61,565 nucleotides of DNA from an uncultured Ignavibacteriales bacterium (GTDB lineage Bacteria; Zixibacteria; MSB-5A5; GN15; FEB-12), in assembly GCA_964544635.1 (NCBI GenBank), contig CAZJCK010000008.1, positions 1 through 61,565 on the forward strand. Direction: 5' to 3'. The position numbers and the translations under genes were made by a program. Shown here piece by piece: positions 26,753 to 36,084 of the stretch (positions are counted from its first letter, which is position 1; each line of letters begins with the position of its first letter). Under the pieces are notes generated by a model. It was not told the origin of the DNA, made no database searches, and saw only the letters and a list, made by a program, of their open reading frames with translations.

Positions 26753-27500
26753 TAATGTGCTCCGCGTTTGCCTTTTGTTGCGGGCGTCGCCGATGTCCCT
26801 GATTGGAATTCCGACCCTTCTCGACTCGCCGTTTGTACTTATTGACAAACAAGTGAGCAAGGCGTAAGGGTTCCGGCTGACGGTACCCGCGCAAACAGCG
26901 GACGACCACATCCTGGCTTTGTTCAAGGGAATAAAGGAAGCCGGGGGAGATGAAGATCGGTTTTACATTATCTTTCGAGCGATAGGCGATGCCAACCTGG
27001 CGTTCTCGCACAAAAATCGGTTGTGAGCTGCCTTTGGGGTCGCCCACCGGACGGTAATTCCCGGCCAGAATCCGCCGGGCACAGCCGATCGACGGCATAT
27101 CAAAGGCCAGGCCGATTAATGAGGCGATGCCGCACTGCCGTGGATGGGCCAGCCCATGACCGTGTACCAGCAGCACATCCGCCTCGGTTTCCAGTTTCTG
27201 CAGCGCCCGGAGCATGACCGGGCCCTCGCGGAAATAAGCCAGTCCCGGCACATACGGAAATTCGACCGGCAGTTGATAGTAGGCGCGCTCGATCGGTTCC
27301 AGTTCGGGAAAACTGACCACCACGGCAGCGGCGTAGATAGTGTCACCACCCGCGCCGTAGGCCGTCTCTACCGCCGCAATGCGCTGCGGCTCGGGAATTT
27401 CCCGATTGCCGCCCTGGCTTAGTTGCGCGAACAGATCCTTCTGGATGTCAAACGCCTCGGCTTTGTCCACCGGCCAATTGTGGTTTATCTGGTATTGCAC
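26745..27500 (-). CDS. nfi: Endonuclease V homologue with substituted catalytic Asp residues
   Basis: FPYVPGL.FRE wedge, GHGLAHPR..GIAS, PIFISPG, PEPLRLAH. Confidence 0.9.
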   Translation of the reverse strand: MQYQINHNWPVDKAEAFDIQKDLFAQLSQGGNREIPEPQRIAAVETAYGAGGDTIYAAAVVVSFPELEPIERAYYQLPVEFPYVPGLAYFREGPVMLRALQKLETEADVLLVHGHGLAHPRQCGIASLIGLAFDMPSIGCARRILAGNYRPVGDPKGSSQPIFVRERQVGIAYRSKDNVKPIFISPGFLYSLEQSQDVVVRCLRGYRQPEPLRLAHLFVNKYKRRVEKGRNSNQGHRRRPQQKANAEHIND

Positions 27501-27643
27501 TGGTTCAGCGTTTCTGTGTTGGGTCGTATATGTTCGTTTCAGACACGATCAGCAGTTGTATCGTCGTACGTTAGCCCACCCGGTAAGCCGACCTTCTACC
27601 GTTAATTACGAATGAGCGGGCCGATTTGTCAAGCCGATGCACA

Positions 27644-28522
27644 TCACCGATTGTCAACCAAACGAAAGCGAAAAAAGCCTCGATTTTCATGCACCGGCAC
27701 TTCCCTGGGGATTTCATCGACAGTCAGCCATGGGTCATTCCGATCGTGTGTGAAGTAGGGGATGTGCGGTTCGCACGGTTCGGCGCAGCCGGTGGCCACG
27801 GCGAAGAGACGGTCGCCGTTGTCGCGCACCAGCATGTACATGATGATCAGGACAACCGCATCCTGCGACTCATTATCCCACGACAGGTACAGATCCCCCG
27901 GCTTTACCTCACTTTCCGGGATGGCGACACAGTTGTCGGCCAGCGATGCACAATTGGTCATTTCCATCGACCGCTTGAGCATGCTGATATACTCGCCGTG
28001 GGTCGCGGTACGCTCTTCGGATTTCTTAAAGATGACTTCGCCAAGGGCATTGAAGGCGTACTGACCGTTGAGCCACTTCTCAAACGTAATGCGTTCACCG
28101 GCTCTGGGGATGATGAGCATGTCATTGGTGCGACCGCGCTGCAGGAAGTATTCGCCGAGCAGGCGCAAGGGTATGGCGGCCGGATTCAAATGTCTGCCTC
28201 GATCGGGGAAGTACAGCACGCGGGATATCTCATTCGGTTCGGCGACACGTTTCGACTTCCAGTCGGCCACCGGTTTGAAGCGGTGCCACAGGGGAAAGTG
28301 CGATATCCAGAACGACCAGTCGGACAGCGTGGCGGAGTCGGGTCGAGCGTAGCCGTCGGGGATGGCAAGCTCCGACTCCAGGGTGTACAGGGTATCGGGC
28401 GGCACCGACGGATAGTTGTCGAGGTACCATTGATGCCGATCCCAGAAGTCGGAGTCGGTCTGTGCATTCGCGCAGGTGGAAATCAGAAGCAATGTTGCCA
28501 GCGCTGCAGCGGCAAGTTTCAT
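27644..28522 (-). CDS. Secreted DUF4846-like protein (divergent)
   Basis: Signal peptide; IPDGYAR...WISHFPL, RLLGEYF, KWLNG, KPGDLY, GDRLFAVA follow the DUF4846 pattern as I recall it. Confidence 0.6.
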   Translation of the reverse strand: MKLAAAALATLLLISTCANAQTDSDFWDRHQWYLDNYPSVPPDTLYTLESELAIPDGYARPDSATLSDWSFWISHFPLWHRFKPVADWKSKRVAEPNEISRVLYFPDRGRHLNPAAIPLRLLGEYFLQRGRTNDMLIIPRAGERITFEKWLNGQYAFNALGEVIFKKSEERTATHGEYISMLKRSMEMTNCASLADNCVAIPESEVKPGDLYLSWDNESQDAVVLIIMYMLVRDNGDRLFAVATGCAEPCEPHIPYFTHDRNDPWLTVDEIPREVPVHENRGFFRFRLVDNR

Positions 28523-28860
28523 GCAGTCATCTCCTCCCAGAGCCGGTAGGCTCGGCGGACATGGGGAATGGTGATCGAGCCGCCCACAACCAGACCAATC
28601 GACATCACCTCGTCAAACTCCTCACCGCTCACCCGGTTTTCTTTGGCCCGGATGACATGGTAAGAAATACAGTCATCGCAGCGCAGCACCAGCGAGGCCA
28701 CCAGGCCCAGCAGCTCCTTGGTCTTGCCGTCGAGGGCGCCGTCGCGATAGACTGCCGAATCGAGACCGAAGAAGCGCTTGATATCGAGATTGTCGCGCTT
28801 GAGAATGATCTCGTTGAGGGCCTCGCGCTCTTTTCTGAACTGTTCTACTCGGTCGGTCAT
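28519..28860 (-). CDS. Carboxymuconolactone decarboxylase / AhpD-like protein
   Basis: GALDGKTKELLGLVASLVLRCDDCISYH (CxxC...H); start at ATG 28860. Confidence 0.88.
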   Translation of the reverse strand: MTDRVEQFRKEREALNEIILKRDNLDIKRFFGLDSAVYRDGALDGKTKELLGLVASLVLRCDDCISYHVIRAKENRVSGEEFDEVMSIGLVVGGSITIPHVRRAYRLWEEMTA

Positions 28861-28937
28861 GATTTTCTCCAATCTTTTGTGACCGAAAGTAGGCGGTCGA
28901 CCGCGTCGGGGCAAACTTAAATGTTGATACGGCGCTT

Positions 28938-29507
28938 TCAGAATCGTCGCGGAAAGCGCATGTAAGCGGGGAGATCGGTTTCGTGGACATGCTGCGGGTA
29001 ACCGTAGCCGTACGGATCGGCCAGCGGTTTCACAACCCGCGTCACGCCGGCTACCTTCCAGCCGTTATCGTGACGGAACAGCACGTAGGTGGTGGCCTGT
29101 GCCCTGACATCACGCGACAGCGCCAGGGTATCGGTGATGAATGACAGGCGAATGTAGCCCCGGGCGGTTTGAACGTCGCGCAGGCGGTCGGCCGAGAGAA
29201 TCGGCCAGTCCCAGACCGCCCGGCGCAGGTATTCCGGCCTCGAAACCCGGAGCTTGCGGGCGTGCTTGTCGAGGCGGCCAAGGTAGGTGGCGTCGATCGA
29301 CGGCAGGGCCCGGTCGACATCGCCGGCCCGGATATCGTTGCGGGCAGTGTGGTAGCGCTTGACAAGATCATCAATGACCGGCGAGTGCCAGCCAAGCGGC
29401 TCGCCCTCCGGATGAACCGAGCAACCCGACAGTACAAGGGTTGCCAGGGAGCACTTGAATGCCCGCCAGACCAGCCGCCTGATCGGTATTTGGACAGAAC
29501 CCGACAT
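28938..29507 (-). CDS. Hypothetical protein, putative lipoprotein
   Basis: Basic N-terminus, hydrophobic stretch, lipobox LSGC; C-terminal LF...NGWKV is typical of NTF2-like folds. Confidence 0.6.
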   Translation of the reverse strand: MSGSVQIPIRRLVWRAFKCSLATLVLSGCSVHPEGEPLGWHSPVIDDLVKRYHTARNDIRAGDVDRALPSIDATYLGRLDKHARKLRVSRPEYLRRAVWDWPILSADRLRDVQTARGYIRLSFITDTLALSRDVRAQATTYVLFRHDNGWKVAGVTRVVKPLADPYGYGYPQHVHETDLPAYMRFPRRF

Positions 29508-29623
29508 ACTACATGTATCGGCAGATCGGTGGTCCAGGCTTTATGGGGTTTGCTAAGAGGCTGGTAGACAGGCGGTTGGTCGACTGTATGTGTTGCTCGT
29601 TCCGGTTGCTACGCCGAAACGGC

Positions 29624-29652
29624 TTGACGCAACACGCACCGTCATGTAGATT
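29624..29652 (+). promoter_or_regulatory. Candidate sigma70 promoter
   Basis: TTGACG-N17-TAGATT upstream of the dockerin-protein gene. Confidence 0.45.
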
Positions 29653-29730
29653 ATAACCGGCATCAAAAAATATTCATTGGAAGTTTATAGCTATCTGCTT
29701 CGGCAGTACGCCGAAGGGGGAGGGCGATTT

Positions 29731-30540
29731 ATGCGAACGTCACTATCTATCGGGCTGGTGGTCTCAGTGCTGCTGTCGATTGCTGTCGGCGTACAGGCAC
29801 AGGAGACCTACGGCCACTTTTGGGTGAGCCAAACTGACGGTATTCATCCGGATGGTATCGGGCTTTATTGCGGCGATACGGTCATGTTTGAGATTTCGCT
29901 GGAGAACAACGACGATTTTCCAATGGCCGGTTTCGAGTTTCCGCTGCACCTCACACCGCAAGGGAGCGGCACTGTCAGCTACTCTCAGGTTGACTGGGTA
30001 GACCTGCCACAGATTTCATCATGGTTCGGGCTTTTTCAAGCAATCGATGTTTGCACTTCAGGGCCGGCCGATTCCTTCAGTGTTTCGGCGCAACGGATGA
30101 TCGGTGGTATGCCGGCAGGGGCCTCTACCGGGCTTGTTCGGTACTATGTAATTGTGGATTGCGATGCAGTTGGCCAGACGGTCTGTTTCGATACGACCCA
30201 TCATCGGTGTGGATGTAATCAGTGCCCGCTCCATGTCGTTCGAGGTACCTCGCCAGCTGAAGGCGCGCTACCTTCGTGGGAAGGTGGTGGCTGTTACGAA
30301 GTACGGCCGTGCTGCTACCAGAAACGCGGGGATGTCAACCAGGACGGCGCCATAGCGGACAATGTTGACCTTGCCTTCCTGGTGGACTATCTGTTCAATG
30401 ACGGCTATGCGCCCGAATGCGATGAAGCGGCCGATTGGAACAACGATGGCGTGGCGGGTGACGGCCTCGATCTGGCCGCCCATGTCGATTATCACTGGAG
30501 TGGCACCGGCCCGCCGACACCTCCCGACTGCGGGGATTAA
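29731..30540 (+). CDS. Secreted Cys-rich protein with C-terminal dockerin-like domain
   Basis: ATG 29731 after GGGAGG; signal peptide; CCYQKRGDVNQDG..DNVDLAFLVDYLF and ADWNNDG...DGLDL duplicated Ca-binding loops. Confidence 0.8.
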   Translation: MRTSLSIGLVVSVLLSIAVGVQAQETYGHFWVSQTDGIHPDGIGLYCGDTVMFEISLENNDDFPMAGFEFPLHLTPQGSGTVSYSQVDWVDLPQISSWFGLFQAIDVCTSGPADSFSVSAQRMIGGMPAGASTGLVRYYVIVDCDAVGQTVCFDTTHHRCGCNQCPLHVVRGTSPAEGALPSWEGGGCYEVRPCCYQKRGDVNQDGAIADNVDLAFLVDYLFNDGYAPECDEAADWNNDGVAGDGLDLAAHVDYHWSGTGPPTPPDCGD

Positions 30541-30567
30541 TCGCTCAATACAAGCTATCAATTAATG

Positions 30568-30603
30568 CAAAACGGCCGCTCGTCAGTTTGACGGGCGGCC
30601 GTT
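30568..30603 (-). terminator. Terminator hairpin downstream of clpX (possibly bidirectional)
   Basis: AACGGCCGCTCGTCA / TGACGGGCGGCCGTT stem between convergent genes; short T-run on the minus strand. Confidence 0.7.
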
Positions 30604-30627
30604 GGTATTTACGCGTGATGGTCGCGG

Positions 30628-31905
30628 TTACGACGCTTCTTTGGTCTCGGTGCGTGTGATGATGCGCGGAATCTTGCCCTCGGTGATGGTTTCTTCCGTC
30701 ACCACTACCTCGGCAGCGTCGGGTGTCGACGGAATCTGGTACATGACGTCGAGCATCGCCTTTTCGAAGATCGAGCGCAGCGCTCGGGCGCCGGTCTTGC
30801 GCTCCATGGCGACCTTGACCGCCGCCTGCAGCGCCCCTGGCTCGAAGCGCAGGCGGACACCGTCAAGTTCGAACAGTTTGTTGTACTGCTTGACGATGGC
30901 GTTGCGCGGTTCGGTGAGAATCGTCATCAGCGCCTTCTCATCGAGCGCCGAAAGCGGTGCCACCACCGGCAGACGTCCGACCAGCTCCGGAATCAGCCCG
31001 TAGTCCATCAGGTCGCCGGGCATGGCGTGGCGGAGGATATCGGGATTCTTGTAACTGACCGATCTTTTCTCGGCCTCGAAACCAACCGTCTTCTTGCCGA
31101 TCCGCTTGGCAATCAGCTTCTCCAAACCATCGAAAGCACCGCCGCAGATGAACAGGATGTTCGAGGTGTCGATCTGCACGAACGCCTGCTCCGGATGTTT
31201 ACGTCCACCCTTCGGCGGAATATTGGCGACCGTGCCTTCAAGAATCTTCAGTAATCCCTGCTGTACACCTTCACCGGAAACGTCGCGGGTAATCGACGGG
31301 TTGCCGTCCTTGCGAGAAATCTTGTCGATCTCGTCGATATAGATGATGCCGCGCTCAGTCTTCTGCGGGTTGAAGTCGGCCGCCTGGTAAAGACGGACGA
31401 GGATGTTTTCGACATCCTCACCGACATAACCGGCTTCGGTCAGCACGGTGGCATCGGCGATGGTGAACGGCACCTGCAGGTACTTGGCCAAAGACCGCGC
31501 GATGAGGGTCTTGCCGGTACCGGTAGGGCCGATCATGAGGATATTCGACTTTTCGAGTTCGACCTCTTCGTTCTGTTTACCCAGGCCGCCGATGCGCCGC
31601 TTGGCCCTCACGTTGATGCGTTTGTAATGATTGTAGACGGCTACGGCGACCGTTTTCTTGGCTTCTTCCTGTCCGATCACGTACTGGTCGAGGAAATCCT
31701 TGATTTCCGACGGAGTGGGCAGGCTCTGTATTTCCTGCGGCTGTTCTTCGTCAGGCACCGAGCGCAACAGGTCGTTGCACAGTTCGACGCAGTCGTTGCA
31801 GATGAACGACTCATAGCCGGAGAACAGGCGTTTTACCTGTCCCGCCGACTTGCCGCAGAAGGAACAGCGGTGGGGTCTGCGAATATTGGAATTGTCGTCA
31901 GCCAT
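30628..31905 (-). CDS. clpX: ATP-dependent Clp protease ATP-binding subunit
   Basis: CSFCGK...CNDC zinc domain, [34 protein letters not shown]. Confidence 0.98.
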   Translation of the reverse strand: MADDNSNIRRPHRCSFCGKSAGQVKRLFSGYESFICNDCVELCNDLLRSVPDEEQPQEIQSLPTPSEIKDFLDQYVIGQEEAKKTVAVAVYNHYKRINVRAKRRIGGLGKQNEEVELEKSNILMIGPTGTGKTLIARSLAKYLQVPFTIADATVLTEAGYVGEDVENILVRLYQAADFNPQKTERGIIYIDEIDKISRKDGNPSITRDVSGEGVQQGLLKILEGTVANIPPKGGRKHPEQAFVQIDTSNILFICGGAFDGLEKLIAKRIGKKTVGFEAEKRSVSYKNPDILRHAMPGDLMDYGLIPELVGRLPVVAPLSALDEKALMTILTEPRNAIVKQYNKLFELDGVRLRFEPGALQAAVKVAMERKTGARALRSIFEKAMLDVMYQIPSTPDAAEVVVTEETITEGKIPRIITRTETKEAS

Positions 31906-31958
31906 AATAACCGTCGCTTTGCTTAAATCTCACTATCTTCCTATGAACCGATTGCGGG

Positions 31959-32591
31959 TTATTCTTCCACGACTTTGCGTTCGTCGCCATACACTTTGTC
32001 GATGATGCCGTAGTCGAGCGACTCTTCGGCCGACATGAAGAAGTTGCGATCGGTATCCTTTTCAATTCTCTCGAGTTTCTGCCCGGTGTGCTTCACCAGC
32101 AGATCGTTGAGTCGTTTCTTGGTCTTGGTGAATTCTTCGGTCATAATCACGATGTCGGAAACCTGGCCCTGGGTGCCGGCGAGCGGCTGGTGGATCATCA
32201 CCCGGCTGTTCGGCAGGGCGGCCCGTTTGCCGTTCTGGCCGGCCGCCAAAAGGAAGGCGCCCATCGAGGCGGCGATGCCCATGCAGGTGGTGGCGACGTC
32301 GGGTTTGATGAACTGCATCGTGTCATAAATCGCCATGCCGGAAGTCACCGAACCGCCGGGGCTGTTGATATACACAAAAATGTCCTTTTCCGGATCTTCC
32401 GCCTCGAGAAAGAGCATCTGGGCGATCACCAGGTTGGCGATGTTGTCGTCAATCGGCGAGCCGATAAAAATAATGCGATCCTTGAGAAGGCGGGAGAAAA
32501 TGTCGTAAGCGCGTTCGCCCCGACCGGTCTGCTCGACCACCATCGGAACCAGGAAGTTGTGTTCTAATTGTTGATCCATGTTCACTTTCAC
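31959..32591 (-). CDS. clpP: ATP-dependent Clp protease proteolytic subunit
   Basis: [34 protein letters not shown]; the start may be ATG 32579. Confidence 0.98.
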   Translation of the reverse strand: MKVNMDQQLEHNFLVPMVVEQTGRGERAYDIFSRLLKDRIIFIGSPIDDNIANLVIAQMLFLEAEDPEKDIFVYINSPGGSVTSGMAIYDTMQFIKPDVATTCMGIAASMGAFLLAAGQNGKRAALPNSRVMIHQPLAGTQGQVSDIVIMTEEFTKTKKRLNDLLVKHTGQKLERIEKDTDRNFFMSAEESLDYGIIDKVYGDERKVVEE

Positions 32592-32636
32592 TTCTATCTG
32601 ATCAGTTGTCCGTTCCTAATCACCGGTCATTACAGT

Positions 32637-33899
32637 CTAAGCATCTTTCGTTTCAACTTTGGCCTGCTCGGTCAGAAAATCAAGCACTTTGTCTTCCAGC
32701 AGCGACTCGCGCATCTGGGTGGCCTGGCCCGATTGTGCAAGCGCCTGGCGCGCCTGCTCTTCCGACATATTATAGTTGTCGGCAAATCGCTTGATCACTT
32801 TGTCGATATCGGACGGTCCGACCTCGATTTTCTCCTGCTCGGCCAGTTCGTGCATGATGATATTCCAGCGAATCCCCCGTTCACCGACACCTCGATACTG
32901 GGCGCGGATGTCGTCCTCTGTCGCCTCCGGGTTTTCCTGCTGAACATCTTTGACCACCCGTGACAGGTAATCCTGCAGCATAGCCTCGGGAACCGGGATC
33001 GAGTTTTGATCGATCATCTGGGTGATCAGATCGTTCTTAGCGCCGCGATCCTGCTCCTGCTTCTTCTGGTTCTCGATGTCGGCACGAATCTTCTGGCGCA
33101 GCTCCAGCATGGTTTCGGCCATGCCGGTCTGTTTCGCGAGGACGTCGTTCAATTCCGGTACGATGCGCTCGACTACTTCTTTCACGGCCACCTTGTAGGT
33201 AATCTCGGAGCCGGCAAACGTCTGGTCCGGGTAATCGTCGTCGTACTTCACCGTGATCTCGGTCTCGTCTCCGGCCTGCTTGCCGGGCAGGTTTTCCTTG
33301 AATGCGGGCAGCGTGACGGGGTTGCTCAGATCGATGCGGGAGCCGGGGAATTCACTTTCGGCGATGGCATTCTTTGAGTCGGCGACCTTGGTCAGGTCGG
33401 CCACGACGACATCCTTTTCGCCGGCCGGACGGGTGACTGTCCGTTCCTCGGCGAACCGCTGCTTCAGATGGTCGGTGTACTGGTTCACCTCGTCGTCGGT
33501 CACCTCGATCGGCTCGCGGCTGATCTTCAGGTCGGTGTACTCGATCTTGCCAATTTCCGGGAAGACCTCGACGGTGGCGGTAAAGTTCATGTCACCGTCG
33601 TCGTTGAAATTGAACTCGGTGATGGTGGGGTAGGAGGCGACTTTGAGATCGTGTTCCCGGACCGCTTCGGTGTAGGATTCCTTGATCAGTTCTTCGGCGA
33701 CGTCGGAACGCACCTTCTCGCCGTACGCTTTGCGGACAACGTCAAGCGGCGCCTTGCCTTTGCGAAATCCTTTGAGTTCGACATTCTTGCGGATGTCGGC
33801 GAATGCCGCCTCCATCCTGGCGTTGACTTTGTCCGCCTCGACGGCCACCGATACCTCGCGTTGCAGCCCGTCACCCTGTTTTATTTCCGCTTTCACCAA
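32637..33899 (-). CDS. tig: Trigger factor
   Basis: GFRKGKAP signature; tig-clpP-clpX order. Confidence 0.95.
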   Translation of the reverse strand: MVKAEIKQGDGLQREVSVAVEADKVNARMEAAFADIRKNVELKGFRKGKAPLDVVRKAYGEKVRSDVAEELIKESYTEAVREHDLKVASYPTITEFNFNDDGDMNFTATVEVFPEIGKIEYTDLKISREPIEVTDDEVNQYTDHLKQRFAEERTVTRPAGEKDVVVADLTKVADSKNAIAESEFPGSRIDLSNPVTLPAFKENLPGKQAGDETEITVKYDDDYPDQTFAGSEITYKVAVKEVVERIVPELNDVLAKQTGMAETMLELRQKIRADIENQKKQEQDRGAKNDLITQMIDQNSIPVPEAMLQDYLSRVVKDVQQENPEATEDDIRAQYRGVGERGIRWNIIMHELAEQEKIEVGPSDIDKVIKRFADNYNMSEEQARQALAQSGQATQMRESLLEDKVLDFLTEQAKVETKDA

Positions 33900-33993
33900 T
33901 CTTATTCCTCCATATCCGATCTGGTGCTGTCTGTAACCGGTTACCGGCCGTAATTGTTCGTGACAAGCACCGCTGTTTGTCGTTGTGCACCAA

Positions 33994-34074
33994 TGCGAAA
34001 GGGGGGACTCGAACCCCCACTCCAGAGGAACTGGATCCTAAATCCAGCGCGTCTACCAGTTCCGCCACTTTCGC
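33994..34074 (-). tRNA. tRNA-Leu (anticodon TAG), CCA not encoded
   Basis: GCGAAAG acceptor stem, D-loop TGGTAGA, CTGGA-TTTAGGA-TCCAG anticodon arm, long variable arm, GGGGG-TTCGAGT-CCCCC T-arm, discriminator A. Confidence 0.95.
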
Positions 34075-34137
34075 ATCGACGGTAATCTAACAAGTTAAGG
34101 CTCTTTAGGTTCGATGGCAAGGCAGATCGGCCCGGAA

Positions 34138-35832
34138 TCACTCGCCGGGAGCCCGTCGAATGTTGGCCAGCGCCTCCAGCACGAGGTCGGCCTGGACCTG
34201 GTGACGGTTTAAAACGCGCGAGATGATCTCCATCGCCCCTTCGACCTCGGCCACGATCACCTCGTTGGCACCGGCCTCTTCGAGCACCCTGGTGTCCAGC
34301 TGGTAGCGGGTGCGCGCCAGGATATGAAGATTGGGCGCCACCTGGCGGGCGGCCTTGATCGCCCGTATGACCGCCTCCGGATCGTTCACTACCAAAATGA
34401 ATTCCTTCGCATGGTGGGCATTGAGATGTTCGAGCACCTCGGGACTGGTGATATCGGCAAAGAAGATTGGCTCACCTTCGGACCGGGCTTTTCTGACATT
34501 ATCAATATTCAGCTCTGCGATCAGGTAGGGAATTCCGGACTGCTTGAGGATGCGGCTCAGGTTGCGCCCGGCCAGGCCGTAGCCGCCGATGATAACGTGG
34601 TTACGGAACTCCACTCGTTCCTCGTCAATGTCCTCGGCCGTCGGCACCTTGATCCAGCGCCGTATGCCGGGCATCCGCCCCATCCCGGCCGCCAGATGCG
34701 GTCCGGCCATCAGGCCCAGCGGCGTCACCGCCATGGACAGGATCGCCACCGCCGTCAGGCTGTCGCCCAGCGCGCCGGTCAGGAGTTCTTCCTGCGCGGA
34801 AAGGGTGATCAGGATAAACGAAAACTCACCCACCTGAGCCAAACCGGCGGCCGAGCGGGTGCTGACGCCGGTGGGCAGCTTGAGCATAAGGCCGGTAACA
34901 AAAACGATGATGAACTTGCCGAGAATAATCGCGACCAGCAAACCGGCCACGGTACCAAAGCTCGACATGATAATGGTCGGGTCGAGAAGCATACCGACCG
35001 ACACGAAGAAGATCGAGGTGAGCACTTCGCGAAACGGTATGAGGTCCGACATCGCCTGGTGGCGGTACTCGCCGCCGGCTACGACCATCCCGGCCAAAAA
35101 TGCGCCCAGCGCCAGGCTGGTGCCGGCCTCGGCGGTCAGCCAGGCGGTACCGATGCAGATCAACAGCACGGTCATGATAAACAGGTGGCGCTGCCGGGTT
35201 TCGGCGATAATGTCCATCAGGCGCGGCACCACGTAGCGCGATGCGACCAGCACGCCGAGCACGATCAGGGCGGCACGACCGAGCGACCATGCGACCGTGG
35301 TGAGGTCGGCTGTGACATCGGACAGGAGCGGAATGATCAGGATCATCGGCACCACGCACAGATCCTGAAAAACGAGAATACCGAGGGTGAAGCGGCCGTG
35401 GGGGGCATCGACCTCGCCCCGCTGCTGCAGCGCCTTGAGGACGATGGCCGTACTCGAAATCGAGATGACGAAACCGATAATGAGCGAGGTTGCGGCCGGC
35501 AGCCCGAACATCTGGGCGATAAGGTACGATACGGCGATGCTCAGTCCGACCTGAATGGTACCGCCGACAAGAATCGGCTTCCACAAGCGCCGCAGCCGAT
35601 CCAGCGACAACTCCAGGCCGATCCCGAACAACAGCAGCACCACGCCCACCTCGGCGAGCAACTGTACCTGTTCGATCTGGCTGATCCAACCAAGGCCGTT
35701 CGGTCCGGCCAGTACGCCGGCCAGGATGAAACCGGCAATGGGCGGCAGCTTGAGTCGTGAAAAGAGCGCCACGATCACCACGGCCAGGGCCATGATCAGC
35801 GAAAGATCCTGTAGAATGCGAAAGTCGTGCAT
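34138..35832 (-). CDS. CPA2 family cation:proton antiporter with TrkA-N domain (KefB/KefC-like)
   Basis: AEVGVVLLLFGIGLE, SSTAIV, FQD, GAFLAG, QVGEFSF, HVIIGGYGLAG. Confidence 0.93.
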   Translation of the reverse strand: MHDFRILQDLSLIMALAVVIVALFSRLKLPPIAGFILAGVLAGPNGLGWISQIEQVQLLAEVGVVLLLFGIGLELSLDRLRRLWKPILVGGTIQVGLSIAVSYLIAQMFGLPAATSLIIGFVISISSTAIVLKALQQRGEVDAPHGRFTLGILVFQDLCVVPMILIIPLLSDVTADLTTVAWSLGRAALIVLGVLVASRYVVPRLMDIIAETRQRHLFIMTVLLICIGTAWLTAEAGTSLALGAFLAGMVVAGGEYRHQAMSDLIPFREVLTSIFFVSVGMLLDPTIIMSSFGTVAGLLVAIILGKFIIVFVTGLMLKLPTGVSTRSAAGLAQVGEFSFILITLSAQEELLTGALGDSLTAVAILSMAVTPLGLMAGPHLAAGMGRMPGIRRWIKVPTAEDIDEERVEFRNHVIIGGYGLAGRNLSRILKQSGIPYLIAELNIDNVRKARSEGEPIFFADITSPEVLEHLNAHHAKEFILVVNDPEAVIRAIKAARQVAPNLHILARTRYQLDTRVLEEAGANEVIVAEVEGAMEIISRVLNRHQVQADLVLEALANIRRAPGE

Positions 35833-35924
35833 TTGTCTGTCCCGGAATATTTAGCGAACAGTATACACAATGACACCGTTACAAGTAAATACAGAAAGTG
35901 CATAAAACAACGATACCGCCGGAC

Positions 35925-35953
35925 TTGATTTTGCTCCCCCGGCATCGTAACGT
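35925..35953 (+). promoter_or_regulatory. Candidate sigma70 promoter for the glgE cluster
   Basis: TTGATT-N17-TAACGT. Confidence 0.35.
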
Positions 35954-36084
35954 GTGGTCAGCACGTCCACGCCCAAGGGGCGCGCCGTGTTTCGCGACTG
36001 CAAATATGTCGCCCACGATCACGGCACCGCACGACAAGATAATCACTCCGTATCCTGTGAACGCTGTACCGGAAGGGAGGCAGC

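Noticed and set aside
29515-29543. Second sigma28-like element TAAA-N17-GCCGATAC (minus strand) before the lipoprotein gene
   Set aside because: The spacer is 17 nt rather than about 15, and GCCGAT is frequent in this GC-rich DNA.
33960-34074. tRNA-Leu as a possible integration site
   Set aside because: No integrase and no duplicated tRNA 3' end seen; tRNA-Leu-tig-clpP-clpX is an ordinary arrangement.
33871-34141. Short ORFs over the tRNA region
   Set aside because: They are translations of the tRNA-Leu gene (MAELVDALDLGSS pattern).
35871-35883. TGACACCGTTACA, a LacI/cre-like site upstream of glgE
   Set aside because: One base short of the 14-bp pattern, imperfect, and no LacI gene nearby.
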